Shown: in pieces, positions 1 through 9,827 of the stretch | Layout: each line of letters begins with the position of its first letter | Position numbering within the stretch: position 1 is the first letter of the stretch | Assembly: GCA_963662285.2 (NCBI GenBank) | Contig: CAXXMV010000006.1 | Coordinates: 1,568,001-1,632,000 of the forward strand | Direction of reading: 5' to 3' | Length of the DNA stretch: 64,000 nucleotides | From: a bacterium | Lineage (GTDB): Bacteria; Hinthialibacterota; Hinthialibacteria; Hinthialibacterales; Hinthialibacteraceae | Notes under the pieces: model-generated | What the model saw: only the letters and a program-made list of their open reading frames with translations | Database searches by the model: none | Told to the model about the DNA's origin: nothing | Program-made: the position numbers and the translations under genes

Positions 1-702
1 ACTGAGTCGGTTGATCCAGTGCTTAAAATCATCGGCCCCAGCAACATTTACGCATCGGCGGCTAAGAAAATACTTTATGGTACAATTGATGTTGGAACTC
101 CCGCTGGACCCAGTGAATCCATTATCCTGGCTGATGAAACTTCCGATCCGGAATTGGTAGCGACCGACCTTCTTATTGAAGCAGAACATGGGCCTTATTC
201 GGCTGCTTTGTTGGTGACTGACAGTGAAATTCTGGCCAAGACGGTTCAGGATTTGATTCCATCCAAAGTAAAGCAGTTACCTCAAAAGCAACAGGATTAC
301 ATAACAACGGTTTTCTCTAATTATGGTGGAATTATTCTGACCGATTCTCTGGCGCAATCGGTAGATTTCGTAAATGATTATGCTCCTGAGCATCTTGAAG
401 TATTAACCAGGAATCCTTTTTCTCTGCTCGGAAAGCTAAATAACGCTGGGGAGATAATGTTGGGCGCATGTACGCCGATATCTATATGTAATTATGCGTT
501 AGGCGTAAACGCCATCCTGCCGACAGGGGGCAGGGCCAAGACCTCATCCGTAGTTACTGTTTTCGATTTTCTTAAACGCTCTTCGATCAGTTACGCCACC
601 AAAGAAGGGTATGACTCATTACGGCCTCATGTAGTTAAGTTTGCAGAATTTGAAGGATTTCCTGCTCACGCGCAGGCTGCGAGATTAGAAAGGGATGAAT
701 AA
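1..702 (+). CDS. hisD: Histidinol dehydrogenase homolog, C-terminal part (5' end outside window), with atypical metal/substrate residues
   Basis: Frame open from base 1 (TESVDPVLKIIGPSN); PAGPSE, AEH, YAPEHLE and LPTGG motifs of the HisD family. Confidence 0.9.
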   Translation, partial: TESVDPVLKIIGPSNIYASAAKKILYGTIDVGTPAGPSESIILADETSDPELVATDLLIEAEHGPYSAALLVTDSEILAKTVQDLIPSKVKQLPQKQQDYITTVFSNYGGIILTDSLAQSVDFVNDYAPEHLEVLTRNPFSLLGKLNNAGEIMLGACTPISICNYALGVNAILPTGGRAKTSSVVTVFDFLKRSSISYATKEGYDSLRPHVVKFAEFEGFPAHAQAARLERDE

Positions 703-1339
703 GATGTTTAAATTCGATAAAGTGATTATTGAACGTAAAACTCAAGAATCAACCATTCGAGCCTCAATCGAGGGCGGCGAGCGTGATCCACAATTAAAAA
801 AAGGTATAACAACCAATCTTCAATTTCTGAATCACATGATTGAACAATGGGCCTGGCGATCATGCTTGAATCTGGCGGTTGACGTCAAATTCGAAGAATT
901 TGTCTTGAATCACCTTGTGGTTGAAGATTCCGGACAATGCTTTGGAGAGGCTTTGGTTAGGGTTGCGACCCAGATGATGAACCAACAGGGTATTAATTCA
1001 TGCGGCGCCGCTGATGGATTTATAGACGAAGCTGCTGCACGGGTTCGTATATCTTTTGAGTCGCGCAGTGGTTTTATTCTTAATCAAGGTTCGGTTAAAA
1101 TACCTGAATTAGTTGAAGACATGCAGTCCGCAGATTTATGGAATTTCCTGGACGGCATCGCCCAGGGAGCGCGCGCCACCATACAAATCGACCTGCTTTC
1201 CGGAAGAGACCCACATCACATCTGGGAAAGCGTCTTTCGGGGATTAGGTGAAGCAACGCGAGCAGCTTTTTCTCCATGTCCATGGCGTAAAGGTCAAACA
1301 GTTGGTGTGGCTGGATTTATTGATGTATCACAAAAATAA
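695..1339 (+). CDS. hisB: Imidazoleglycerol-phosphate dehydratase-like protein (divergent HisB)
   Basis: ERKTQES, FLNHMIE, HLVVED and HHIWE motifs; overlaps hisD stop; lacks the usual C-terminal STKG. Confidence 0.75.
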   Translation: MNKMFKFDKVIIERKTQESTIRASIEGGERDPQLKKGITTNLQFLNHMIEQWAWRSCLNLAVDVKFEEFVLNHLVVEDSGQCFGEALVRVATQMMNQQGINSCGAADGFIDEAAARVRISFESRSGFILNQGSVKIPELVEDMQSADLWNFLDGIAQGARATIQIDLLSGRDPHHIWESVFRGLGEATRAAFSPCPWRKGQTVGVAGFIDVSQK

Positions 1340-1928
1340 TTATTTGGAGCGCTTTTTTTGAATTGTATACGTATCCTATTTTTCTCTAAAAGCGCTTTAT
1401 TTTAATTATATCTTTCTGATAAACGCGATAAATCGATCAAAAAAACAAATTTGGGCTATTCTTCTTTTCTTGAATATCATATAATCTTAAAACAATATAA
1501 ACGGGATATTTTTATTATGTATCTATCTTGTTTTATTAAGTTTATGGGTGATAAATTATTTGACGGTCTGGATTTTTGTTTTTACCGCCTCTTTTTTTAA
1601 TACATACAATAGATATTAATATCGTATCAATTATGTTTTATTGTTAGCCTTTTTTTATTTTTATATAAATCTAAAATTCATATAGTTTAGATAAAAGAAC
1701 ACAAGGCGCCTTATAGAATATTTTTTCTCTAAACTCAAATTAGCAAGTTTTTTTATCGTGGTTTTCGAGAACCGCTCTGGTCGGTTTTTGTATATACAGA
1801 GTGAAATCGGATATAATAAGTTGTAAAGAACCAAAGGACTTAGATAACTGCTTAATTGTCACTTGATAGTTTCAATATTAATATTCCCTCGCAGGATTCC
1901 ACAACGGGGATAATAAGAGGAGTAACTA

Positions 1929-2399
1929 ATGAGCATCTATCAAGATCTTTTAACGGATCGAGTTTCTAATCTTGAGATTAACCAGAATCCAATCATTGTT
2001 TCTTCTTCTACGCCGATTCGCGAAGCCGTTCAAAAACTTAAGGATAATAAAAAGGGTTGCGTTTTGATTTGTGAGGGCAAAGTGCTTAAAGGCATTTTTA
2101 CTGAACGTGATCTGCTGAACCGCGTATTTGGCGAAGGTAAAAAGTTAGATATTCCAATCGAAGAGTTGATGACATCTAATCCTGTTACTGCTAAACCAAA
2201 TGATATTGTCGCTGATGTTGTCAAGAAAATACGAAATGGCGGCTATCGCCATTTGCCGGTTATTACTGATGAAGGACGACCAATCGGTGTTCTCTCGGTG
2301 AAGCATATTGTGCATTTTCTGGTCGATCATTTTCCTGAAGAAGTTTACAATCTTCCTCCTGATCCTGATGAATCTCCTCCGACGCCGGAAGGCGCATGA
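1929..2399 (+). CDS. CBS domain pair protein
   Basis: GIFTERD and GGYRHLPV CBS motifs; GAGGAG RBS upstream. Confidence 0.9.
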   Translation: MSIYQDLLTDRVSNLEINQNPIIVSSSTPIREAVQKLKDNKKGCVLICEGKVLKGIFTERDLLNRVFGEGKKLDIPIEELMTSNPVTAKPNDIVADVVKKIRNGGYRHLPVITDEGRPIGVLSVKHIVHFLVDHFPEEVYNLPPDPDESPPTPEGA

Positions 2400-2418
2400 T
2401 ATCTTTTAAGATACTATA

Positions 2419-4323
2419 TTGTTAATTATTTCTAGAATTGGAATGGTAAATAAAATGGATACTAGTTCAAGCAAAGCATCAAGCATTAAGCATCAAGTCA
2501 TGGAAATAGAGCAGGCTACAGTGAGATTTGCCGGCGACTCAGGCGATGGTATGCAGTTAGTTGGTGAACAATTTACTCATACTTCCGTCTTTGCTGGAAA
2601 CGACATCGCAACTCTGCCCGATTTTCCTGCAGAAATCCGCGCCCCGGCTGGTTCACTTGGCGGTATCAGTGGATATCAGATTAATGTTGCCGGAAAGCAT
2701 ATTTTTACTCCCGGAGATAAAATAAGCACTCTTTTCGCCATGAATCCTGCCGCTTTGAAAATGAATATCGGTGATCTGGAAAAGGGCGGTTTATTGGTAA
2801 CCAATAAGGACGCTTTTACCAAAGAAAACCTTGAAAAAGCCAAGATGGATTCAAATCCTTTGGAAGATGATTCTCTTAAGGAATACAAAGTGCTTTCGAT
2901 TCCTATTACCACACTGAATCGGGAAGCTGTAGATGGTTTGGACCTTGACCGTAAAACATCTGATCGTTGCCAAAACTTTTTTGTGCTTGGTTTAGCCTTT
3001 TGGATTTATGACAGACCACTTAATTTTACCTTGGCCTGGCTTAAGAAAAAGTTTGCCAAAAAGCCTGATATTATTGAGGCTAACGAACGCACTCTACGCG
3101 CTGGTTATCATTTTGGTGAAACATCCGAAATAATGATCAGTCATTATAATATTCCTAAAGCGAAGCCTGTTCCTGGAACTTATCGTAAAATTACAGGTAA
3201 CGAAGCAATTTCTATGGGTCTTATCACCGCTTCGAAACTTTCTGATAAACCTTTATACTACGGAAGCTATCCTATTACTCCGGCAAGCGAGATTTTGCAG
3301 GATTTATCGGCTAAAAAGAACTTTGGCGTTATAACATTCCAAGCTGAAGATGAAATTGCGGCCATGTGTTCCACCATTGGCGCCGCATATGGCGGGGCTT
3401 TGGCTGCAACCGGAACCAGCGGTCCCGGTTTGGCCTTGAAAAGCGAGGCTATTGGTTTAGCTGTAATGACTGAATTACCAGTGGTTATCGTTAATGTTCA
3501 ACGCGGCGGACCCAGCACCGGATTACCAACCAAAACAGAACAAGCAGATTTGTTCCAGGCTCTTTTCGGGCGTAATGGCGAGTGTCCGGTACCTATAATG
3601 GCTACTGCATCGCCTTCGGATTGCTTCCACATGGCTATTGAAGCCAGCCGCATCGCCTTGAAATTCATGACTCCTGTGCTGCTTTTATCAGATGGACACG
3701 TTGCTGCTGGTTCCGAACCTTTGCGTTTGCCTTCGATTGAAGAACTGCCCAAAATTGATGCTCCCTATTACTCAGGATCGAAAGAGGATTATAAGCCGTA
3801 TTCCCGTAATGAGCGTATGGCTCGTCCTTGGGCTTTACCGGGTACTCCTGGACTAATGCACCGAGTTGGTGGTCTGGAAAAGGAACATATTACCGGCAAC
3901 GTAAGTTATGATTCGAAAAATCATGATTACATGATTCGGTTGCGCAATGAAAAGATCAAAGGTATTGCTGAAGATATACCCCCGGTTGAGATTTTGGGCG
4001 AAGATTCCGGTGACCTGTTAGTGGTTGGTTGGGGAGGCACCTATGGCGCTATTACCACTACTGTAGAAAAATTACAGCGTGAAGGCAAATCGATCTCCAG
4101 CATTCATTTAAGATATCTCTTTCCTTTCCCCAAGAACCTGGGATCTGTGCTTAAGAGTTACAAGAAGGTGCTTATTCCTGAATTGAACCTTGGTCAATTG
4201 AAATATATTATCCGGGCTGAATATCTGATTGATGTTGAAGGATTGAACAAAGTGGAAGGAAAGCCTTTCCGCGAAGATGAACTCTACAACGCTTTCAGTA
4301 AAATTATCAAAGAAATTAAATAA
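2419..4323 (+). CDS. korA: 2-oxoacid:ferredoxin oxidoreductase alpha subunit (gamma-alpha fusion); start probably ATG 2443 or 2455
   Basis: RFAGDSGDGMQ, AEIRAPAG, YPITPAS, QAEDEIAA, QRGGPSTGLPT. Confidence 0.93.
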   Translation: MLIISRIGMVNKMDTSSSKASSIKHQVMEIEQATVRFAGDSGDGMQLVGEQFTHTSVFAGNDIATLPDFPAEIRAPAGSLGGISGYQINVAGKHIFTPGDKISTLFAMNPAALKMNIGDLEKGGLLVTNKDAFTKENLEKAKMDSNPLEDDSLKEYKVLSIPITTLNREAVDGLDLDRKTSDRCQNFFVLGLAFWIYDRPLNFTLAWLKKKFAKKPDIIEANERTLRAGYHFGETSEIMISHYNIPKAKPVPGTYRKITGNEAISMGLITASKLSDKPLYYGSYPITPASEILQDLSAKKNFGVITFQAEDEIAAMCSTIGAAYGGALAATGTSGPGLALKSEAIGLAVMTELPVVIVNVQRGGPSTGLPTKTEQADLFQALFGRNGECPVPIMATASPSDCFHMAIEASRIALKFMTPVLLLSDGHVAAGSEPLRLPSIEELPKIDAPYYSGSKEDYKPYSRNERMARPWALPGTPGLMHRVGGLEKEHITGNVSYDSKNHDYMIRLRNEKIKGIAEDIPPVEILGEDSGDLLVVGWGGTYGAITTTVEKLQREGKSISSIHLRYLFPFPKNLGSVLKSYKKVLIPELNLGQLKYIIRAEYLIDVEGLNKVEGKPFREDELYNAFSKIIKEIK

Positions 4324-4351
4324 GAACCTGATTTATATGGAGATATAAATA

Positions 4352-5377
4352 ATGGCTGTTGAGTCTAACTTACCACAATTAACGCCAAAAGATTATGGCA
4401 ATGATCAACATGTACGCTGGTGCCCCGGCTGCGGGGATTATTCGATTTTATCCCAGGTCAAGAAAGTGCTGTCTGAACTTCAGGTTCCCAAGGAAAATTG
4501 CGTCTTCGTTTCAGGGATCGGTTGTTCCAGCCGTTTTCCATATTATCTGGATACTTATGGTATTCATGGAATCCATGGTCGTGCTCCCTCTATTGCTACC
4601 GGAGTTAAATTATCCCGTCCCGACCTTTCTGTATGGGTTATTACGGGAGATGGCGATGGTCTTTCTATTGGTGGGAATCACTTTCTTCATACTATCCGGC
4701 GAAACCTGGATGTTAATATCATCCTTTTCAATAACCGGATATATGGATTAACCAAAGGGCAAGTCTCTCCAACCTCTGAATTTGGAAAGAAAACCAAATC
4801 CACTCCCTGGGGTTCAGTTGATAATCCGGTGCGTCCAATTTCTGTGGCGCTCGGAGCTGAAGCGACTTTCGCGGCGCGTTCTATCGATATGCATGTCAAG
4901 CATTTATCTAAAATCCTGCTTGCTGCAGCTAAACATAAGGGCACCTCGATCGTGGAAATCTATCAGAACTGCAACATCTTTAATGATGGGGCTTATAAGT
5001 ATGCTACTGATCGTCAGCAAAAGTTTGACAATGTTCTCGAACTGGAACATGGCAAGCCAATGCGTTTTGGTAAAAACAACGAGAAGGGAATCCGGTTCAA
5101 GGATTTCAAACTTGAAGTTGTTACAGTTGATGAAGATGGCGTGACGGAAGATGATCTGCTGGTTCATGACGAAAGTCGCAGTGATCCCTCACTCGCCTTC
5201 TTGTTAGGCAACATGTCTCATCCCGTTTTCCCTGAACCAATTGGCGTATTTCGCTCGGTTAACAGACCCAGTTATGATGAATTGGTGCATAATCAAGTGA
5301 AAGAAACCCAGAAAATGGTTAACAAGAATCGCCTGGAAGACCTCTTATATTCAGGTGATACCTGGGTAGTTGAGTAA
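4352..5377 (+). CDS. korB: 2-oxoacid:ferredoxin oxidoreductase beta subunit (TPP-binding)
   Basis: WCPGCGD, SGIGCSSR, HGRA, GDGD, YGLTKGQ. Confidence 0.93.
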   Translation: MAVESNLPQLTPKDYGNDQHVRWCPGCGDYSILSQVKKVLSELQVPKENCVFVSGIGCSSRFPYYLDTYGIHGIHGRAPSIATGVKLSRPDLSVWVITGDGDGLSIGGNHFLHTIRRNLDVNIILFNNRIYGLTKGQVSPTSEFGKKTKSTPWGSVDNPVRPISVALGAEATFAARSIDMHVKHLSKILLAAAKHKGTSIVEIYQNCNIFNDGAYKYATDRQQKFDNVLELEHGKPMRFGKNNEKGIRFKDFKLEVVTVDEDGVTEDDLLVHDESRSDPSLAFLLGNMSHPVFPEPIGVFRSVNRPSYDELVHNQVKETQKMVNKNRLEDLLYSGDTWVVE

Positions 5378-5555
5378 ATGATTGTTTTATAATTGATTAA
5401 CCTTTGGCTGGATGGATTGAGTATGATCAATCCATCCAATCTGTTAAATATATAGTGGAGTTTAAGCAGCGGCTTACTCCACTGTTGTTTAAATGGAATA
5501 CCAGAAAAGCCTGTATATTAGAAGTTATATCTTTAACAATATGGAGGTATATGAT

Positions 5556-6014
5556 ATGTGTTCCGATAAAAATGATATTAATTCAAAGGAAAATAATCTT
5601 AAGCGGGATATTCGTGAAAGCAGACTCTCAGAATTGAATCCCCGGTTAAGCGTACGAGTCTCATCGGTTACTTCTGTTAAAGATGTTATTCAGACCATGG
5701 TGGATAAGAAACTTGGCGCTGTTCTTATAGTTGAAGAAAATGTATTGACAGGAATCTTTAGCGAGAGAGATATCATAAGCAAAATAGCTTTGAATTATGA
5801 TGCTGTTAAAGATGATCCTATCAGCGATTATATGACTCCTGAACCGGTGCATCTCAACATTGATGATACGATAGCTTTCGCCCTGAACCGCATGGATGTC
5901 GGAGGATACCGGCATATCCCGATTACTGATGATATGAATATCCCCACTGGAATTGTAGCTGTGCGTGATATCATCAGGTATCTTGATTACAAATGCCTTG
6001 ATGGTCCAGAGTGA
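5556..6014 (+). CDS. CBS domain pair protein
   Basis: GIFSERD and GGYRHIPI; GGAGG at 5543-5547 favours ATG 5556 over the ORF-track start 5493. Confidence 0.88.
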   Translation: MCSDKNDINSKENNLKRDIRESRLSELNPRLSVRVSSVTSVKDVIQTMVDKKLGAVLIVEENVLTGIFSERDIISKIALNYDAVKDDPISDYMTPEPVHLNIDDTIAFALNRMDVGGYRHIPITDDMNIPTGIVAVRDIIRYLDYKCLDGPE

Positions 6015-6781
6015 TTTTGAATCTGAAGCGATGTAAGAGAAGTTAATAACTGAGATGTGAAGAATCAAACATAACTGGATTCTTTCTACCTGGATTATTT
6101 CAAATCTCTGTCAATTCGTATACTTATGCGCTTATTTATACTCCGAAAAAGATATTCTCTCTCGGATTCTCATCGCCTCAAGCCTTATTCATACCATCTC
6201 TTTTGTTCTCTCTTTTCTTTTTATTGTACACCAAAGGACACCCAATACTAAATATATTCCTTTATTTTTCTGAAAAATGCTTCACATTACAAAAGGTATA
6301 TTGCCTAAATTCTGGTTTCAGTGCAATACTCAGCCCAGTTCAAAAGGTCTTAACTTGATGAGATTGAGGTCAAGGGAATCAGGCATTTATAATCGTGAAA
6401 CTTATGAATTAACTTCGATTTTTACTACCTAAACCAACCTTTGGATAGTATAATTCGTAAAGGACGATCATAACTTGCAACGAAAGGTTTCTTATAATAA
6501 GTCTGATAATATACATCCTTTTTTGATTCTGTATCAAATATTGTGTGGAAACGGCAGGAGACTTGATTCATTTTTTGCCGCCAACATTGATCATTGCCAA
6601 AAATCCTTGCATCTCATCTCGGCGAATCTCCATTATGGTTGCTTCTTTTGAAATAGAGGTTGGCATGGAGAAAAAGAGTGAAAAAGTAATTATTTAAAGG
6701 GTTACCAACTTATTATACGGTTCGTAAGTATGTGTTGTATGTCTATTTATCGATGAATTATCCGGTCGTAGTTGGGAAAAA

Positions 6782-7501
6782 ATGAGAGGGATACAGAAAA
6801 TGTCTAATGCTTCGATAATGGCCAACGTTAATGCGATTCAGGCTGGATTGTGGCAGAGAAGAAAAGAATCCGAAGCTGAATCTCATGCTGCGCACACGCT
6901 CGAGCTTGATGTGGAGATTTCTGATGAAATTTTGATGCAGCAATGTCAAAAGGGCAATCAGGAATCCCTGGAAACGCTCTACCAGCGTTATTACCGGCCT
7001 ATTCTGCTGTTTATATTACGGATAGTTCAGAATCGTGATATGGCTGAAGACCTAGTGCAGGAAACCTTTATCCGCGTCTTCAATAAACGCGACACCTGGC
7101 AGCCCAATTCGAAATTCTCTTCCTGGCTGTACCGTATAGCCCGTAATCTGTGCATCGATGAAAAGCGGCGTTATTGGAACCGTCTGGTGCACATGGATTC
7201 TCAATACTCGAATTATAACAGTGAGTATGGGCAATCTTCATTCCTTGATTCTGTTGAAGACGGCAATGGAGACGCCCGTGATAATTTCGCCGCCAAATGC
7301 GACGAAGAAACCATAAAATCCGCTATCAACCAACTTTCGCCCGAACAGCGCGAAGTTATCATTCTTAATAAATATCAGGGGATGTCATATATTGAAATTT
7401 CCGAGATTCTTGGCGCTACTCCAGAGTCTATCAAACAAAGAGCCTATCGCGCTCATTTGAAATTAAGGCAAATATTAGAACCTCTTCTACTGGATGTTTA
7501 G
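6782..7501 (+). CDS. ECF-type RNA polymerase sigma-70 factor
   Basis: AEDLVQETF and FSSWLYRIARN (region 2); LSPEQREV...SYIEISEILG (region 4). Confidence 0.93.
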   Translation: MRGIQKMSNASIMANVNAIQAGLWQRRKESEAESHAAHTLELDVEISDEILMQQCQKGNQESLETLYQRYYRPILLFILRIVQNRDMAEDLVQETFIRVFNKRDTWQPNSKFSSWLYRIARNLCIDEKRRYWNRLVHMDSQYSNYNSEYGQSSFLDSVEDGNGDARDNFAAKCDEETIKSAINQLSPEQREVIILNKYQGMSYIEISEILGATPESIKQRAYRAHLKLRQILEPLLLDV

Positions 7502-7536
7502 TTATTTGCGTTACTTTTTTTGATATGGATAGTTAA

Positions 7537-8250
7537 ATGAGAATAAAAATCATGAAAAATAATAACCTCTGCATGTTTAATCAAGAATTACTTAACTCTT
7601 ACGCCTCGCACAGCGTATCGGCCAGCGAACGGGTAATGGTGGAGCAGCATCTATCTCAATGCGCTCTGTGCCGCCGGGAAGTATCCCGGATGGAGCAAAC
7701 CTGGCTGGCGCTTGACGTCTGGCAAGAGGATGTCGAATCAGCTGCTCCCCGGCTTAATGATTTGCGTCTGCGTCTTAATGCGGTTCGCACCAAACCTACG
7801 TTGATTGAAAAGTTACGCAACGCCCTGGAGGCCTGCATTGCTCCAGTGCGAATGATGCCGGTTACTCCCGCCTTGGCGGTTATTGTGACCGGATTGCTGG
7901 CTTACGCCGGAATGTATAATAATTCAACAAATGGAAATAGTACATTAACTCAACCGATGACAGTTTCAACCACGCCATCAGTGAATTACGCCGCCCCAGC
8001 CTCTCATATCGGGATAGAAAATGAACCGGTTGCATCTCTCACTCAAGTCCGTGATTGGGATGCGCTGACTATGAAGAGAAATTCTAATGTCTTGATTCGC
8101 ATGGCTACAGATGGATTGAATTACGCGCGTACGGTTAACTTCGGTTTTTCTTCGCCTAGCAATGATATTTTCGCTAACTATCAGCCGATTAATAATATTA
8201 ATCCAACTACAGCCCGGATGATGACGGGTGAGCGGATCAGGTTGGAATAG
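7537..8250 (+). CDS. Zinc-binding anti-sigma factor (zf-HC2) with one TM helix
   Basis: HLSQCALC (HxxxCxxC), hydrophobic ALAVIVTGLLAYAG segment, directly after the ECF sigma gene. Confidence 0.85.
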   Translation: MRIKIMKNNNLCMFNQELLNSYASHSVSASERVMVEQHLSQCALCRREVSRMEQTWLALDVWQEDVESAAPRLNDLRLRLNAVRTKPTLIEKLRNALEACIAPVRMMPVTPALAVIVTGLLAYAGMYNNSTNGNSTLTQPMTVSTTPSVNYAAPASHIGIENEPVASLTQVRDWDALTMKRNSNVLIRMATDGLNYARTVNFGFSSPSNDIFANYQPINNINPTTARMMTGERIRLE

Positions 8251-8264
8251 TTATAGAAGAGAAT

Positions 8265-8975
8265 TTAGATTTCAACGCCCATTGTTTTGAAATCTTTCTC
8301 AGCGGCTTCCACCCATCCCCGGTTGGCAGCTGGACTGGCTGGACTGGGATGAAGAATCCGGCCAATATTAACATCGCATCCTTCAAGCGCCCGCTGGGCG
8401 CTTTTTTGCGCAAAAGCGCCTACTCCGATAACATGTTTTGGTTTATAGTAATCCACTATCTGTTGCAACAGTAGATCGCATGTTTGCAGCAAAGGTTCTC
8501 TGTCGTCTGCGGATATTTTATCCGGCGTCAAGTTTTTGCCTGATTCATCAAAAAAAACCAGCGGACAGAAATTAACCACCATAAAACGTTTGAAAAAGTT
8601 GTCCGGTGAACCAAAACGTTGTTTGGCCCATCCCCACAGGCGTTTCCCGCTTCCCTCACGTCGTTTACATTCAAATCCTGTTATGAGGCGTTTGGGATGC
8701 TCGTATTTCGGCTTACTGACGGGAGCGCTTATATCCAACCATTCACGCACCATAACTATGTCGCCGAAGGGCACGCCGTTTTGAGCCATACCCCAGGGTC
8801 CGGGATTCATGCCCAGCAGAAGGATATCTCTGGGATTAATGCCATATTTTTGAAGATAACATTCATGAGCTTCACAGGCGTAATCCAGTGGATTATAAAC
8901 ATGAGTAATCGGCGATGTAAATTGCAGGGCATTGAGTGATTTGACGGCTTTGCGGGTGATTTGTATGATGTCCAT
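8265..8975 (-). CDS. SMUG1-type (family 3) uracil-DNA glycosylase
   Basis: YNPLDYA, GMNPGPWGMAQNGVPFG, NFCPL and HPSP motifs. Confidence 0.92.
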   Translation of the reverse strand: MDIIQITRKAVKSLNALQFTSPITHVYNPLDYACEAHECYLQKYGINPRDILLLGMNPGPWGMAQNGVPFGDIVMVREWLDISAPVSKPKYEHPKRLITGFECKRREGSGKRLWGWAKQRFGSPDNFFKRFMVVNFCPLVFFDESGKNLTPDKISADDREPLLQTCDLLLQQIVDYYKPKHVIGVGAFAQKSAQRALEGCDVNIGRILHPSPASPAANRGWVEAAEKDFKTMGVEI

Positions 8976-9071
8976 GGTTGGTTAATCTCTACGAAGGTAG
9001 TTTCTCAATCCTGATCATAGTCAATCAATGACATAATGATAGAACAACTGATGTTAAGTTTAGGAAAAGGA

Positions 9072-9827
9072 TTATTGATTATTTTGGAATTCAGCATAAG
9101 TGGTTTGATATAATTCTGTATATCGAGAATTATTCTTAACCCATTGTTCGAATTCATCTAATGCAGTTTTAGCATGATTGAGATGCTTGGTTCTTATCAG
9201 AGAACGAATCAGTTCCTGGTAACCTTCAGCAGTTGAATCGTAGATTATGGGGAAGAAATATTCGACAGTCGAAGGTTTGCATAGTTTATCAAGTTCAGTG
9301 CGGTCAAAATAAAGAGTTCGCAGGACAATGTAGTTCTCTCGATATATAGGCAATATCTGTTCAAAGAGAGGCGCCAGGATATCAATAATGCGCTTGACCC
9401 GTCTAAGTTGTAAAGGTAAGTCTCTTTGCGCCGCGCTGAATATTTGCTTATCCAATCGATTCAGAGCTTTAAAAAACTTATCTTCTTCCGGGGCGGTTTC
9501 TTCTCCGTAAGTTTCAATAATGCGGATATTTTCTCGGGTTTTATCTAACTCGTGACATAATTCAACTAGAACTTTGTCGAAGCCTCTTTGTTTTTTTCGA
9601 TCAATATTTATATCGTCTGGCAGACGATAGAGGATATCCGAAAGTTTTCTTAATTCGCGAAGATGAGTTTCTAGCAGGTTATTGATTTTTTCGTGGGAAA
9701 TATCGTTATTTTGTTCATAACTATCGAAAAGGTCTTTTACTAAATGACGAATATAGTAAAACCCTTTGATGAAACGAATGCGTTGGTAATTACGCCAGCT
9801 GGAATCTTGTGTTAGTTGTTTAGGCAT
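9072..9827 (-). CDS. Hypothetical helical cytoplasmic protein
   Basis: 251-aa ORF; start overlaps the GT9 stop (TAATG). Confidence 0.75.
   Translation of the reverse strand: MPKQLTQDSSWRNYQRIRFIKGFYYIRHLVKDLFDSYEQNNDISHEKINNLLETHLRELRKLSDILYRLPDDINIDRKKQRGFDKVLVELCHELDKTRENIRIIETYGEETAPEEDKFFKALNRLDKQIFSAAQRDLPLQLRRVKRIIDILAPLFEQILPIYRENYIVLRTLYFDRTELDKLCKPSTVEYFFPIIYDSTAEGYQELIRSLIRTKHLNHAKTALDEFEQWVKNNSRYTELYQTTYAEFQNNQ

Noticed and set aside
1340-1928. AT-rich spacer between hisB-like gene and CBS gene as a possible ncRNA or origin
   Set aside because: No DnaA-box cluster, conserved RNA motif or strong structure seen.
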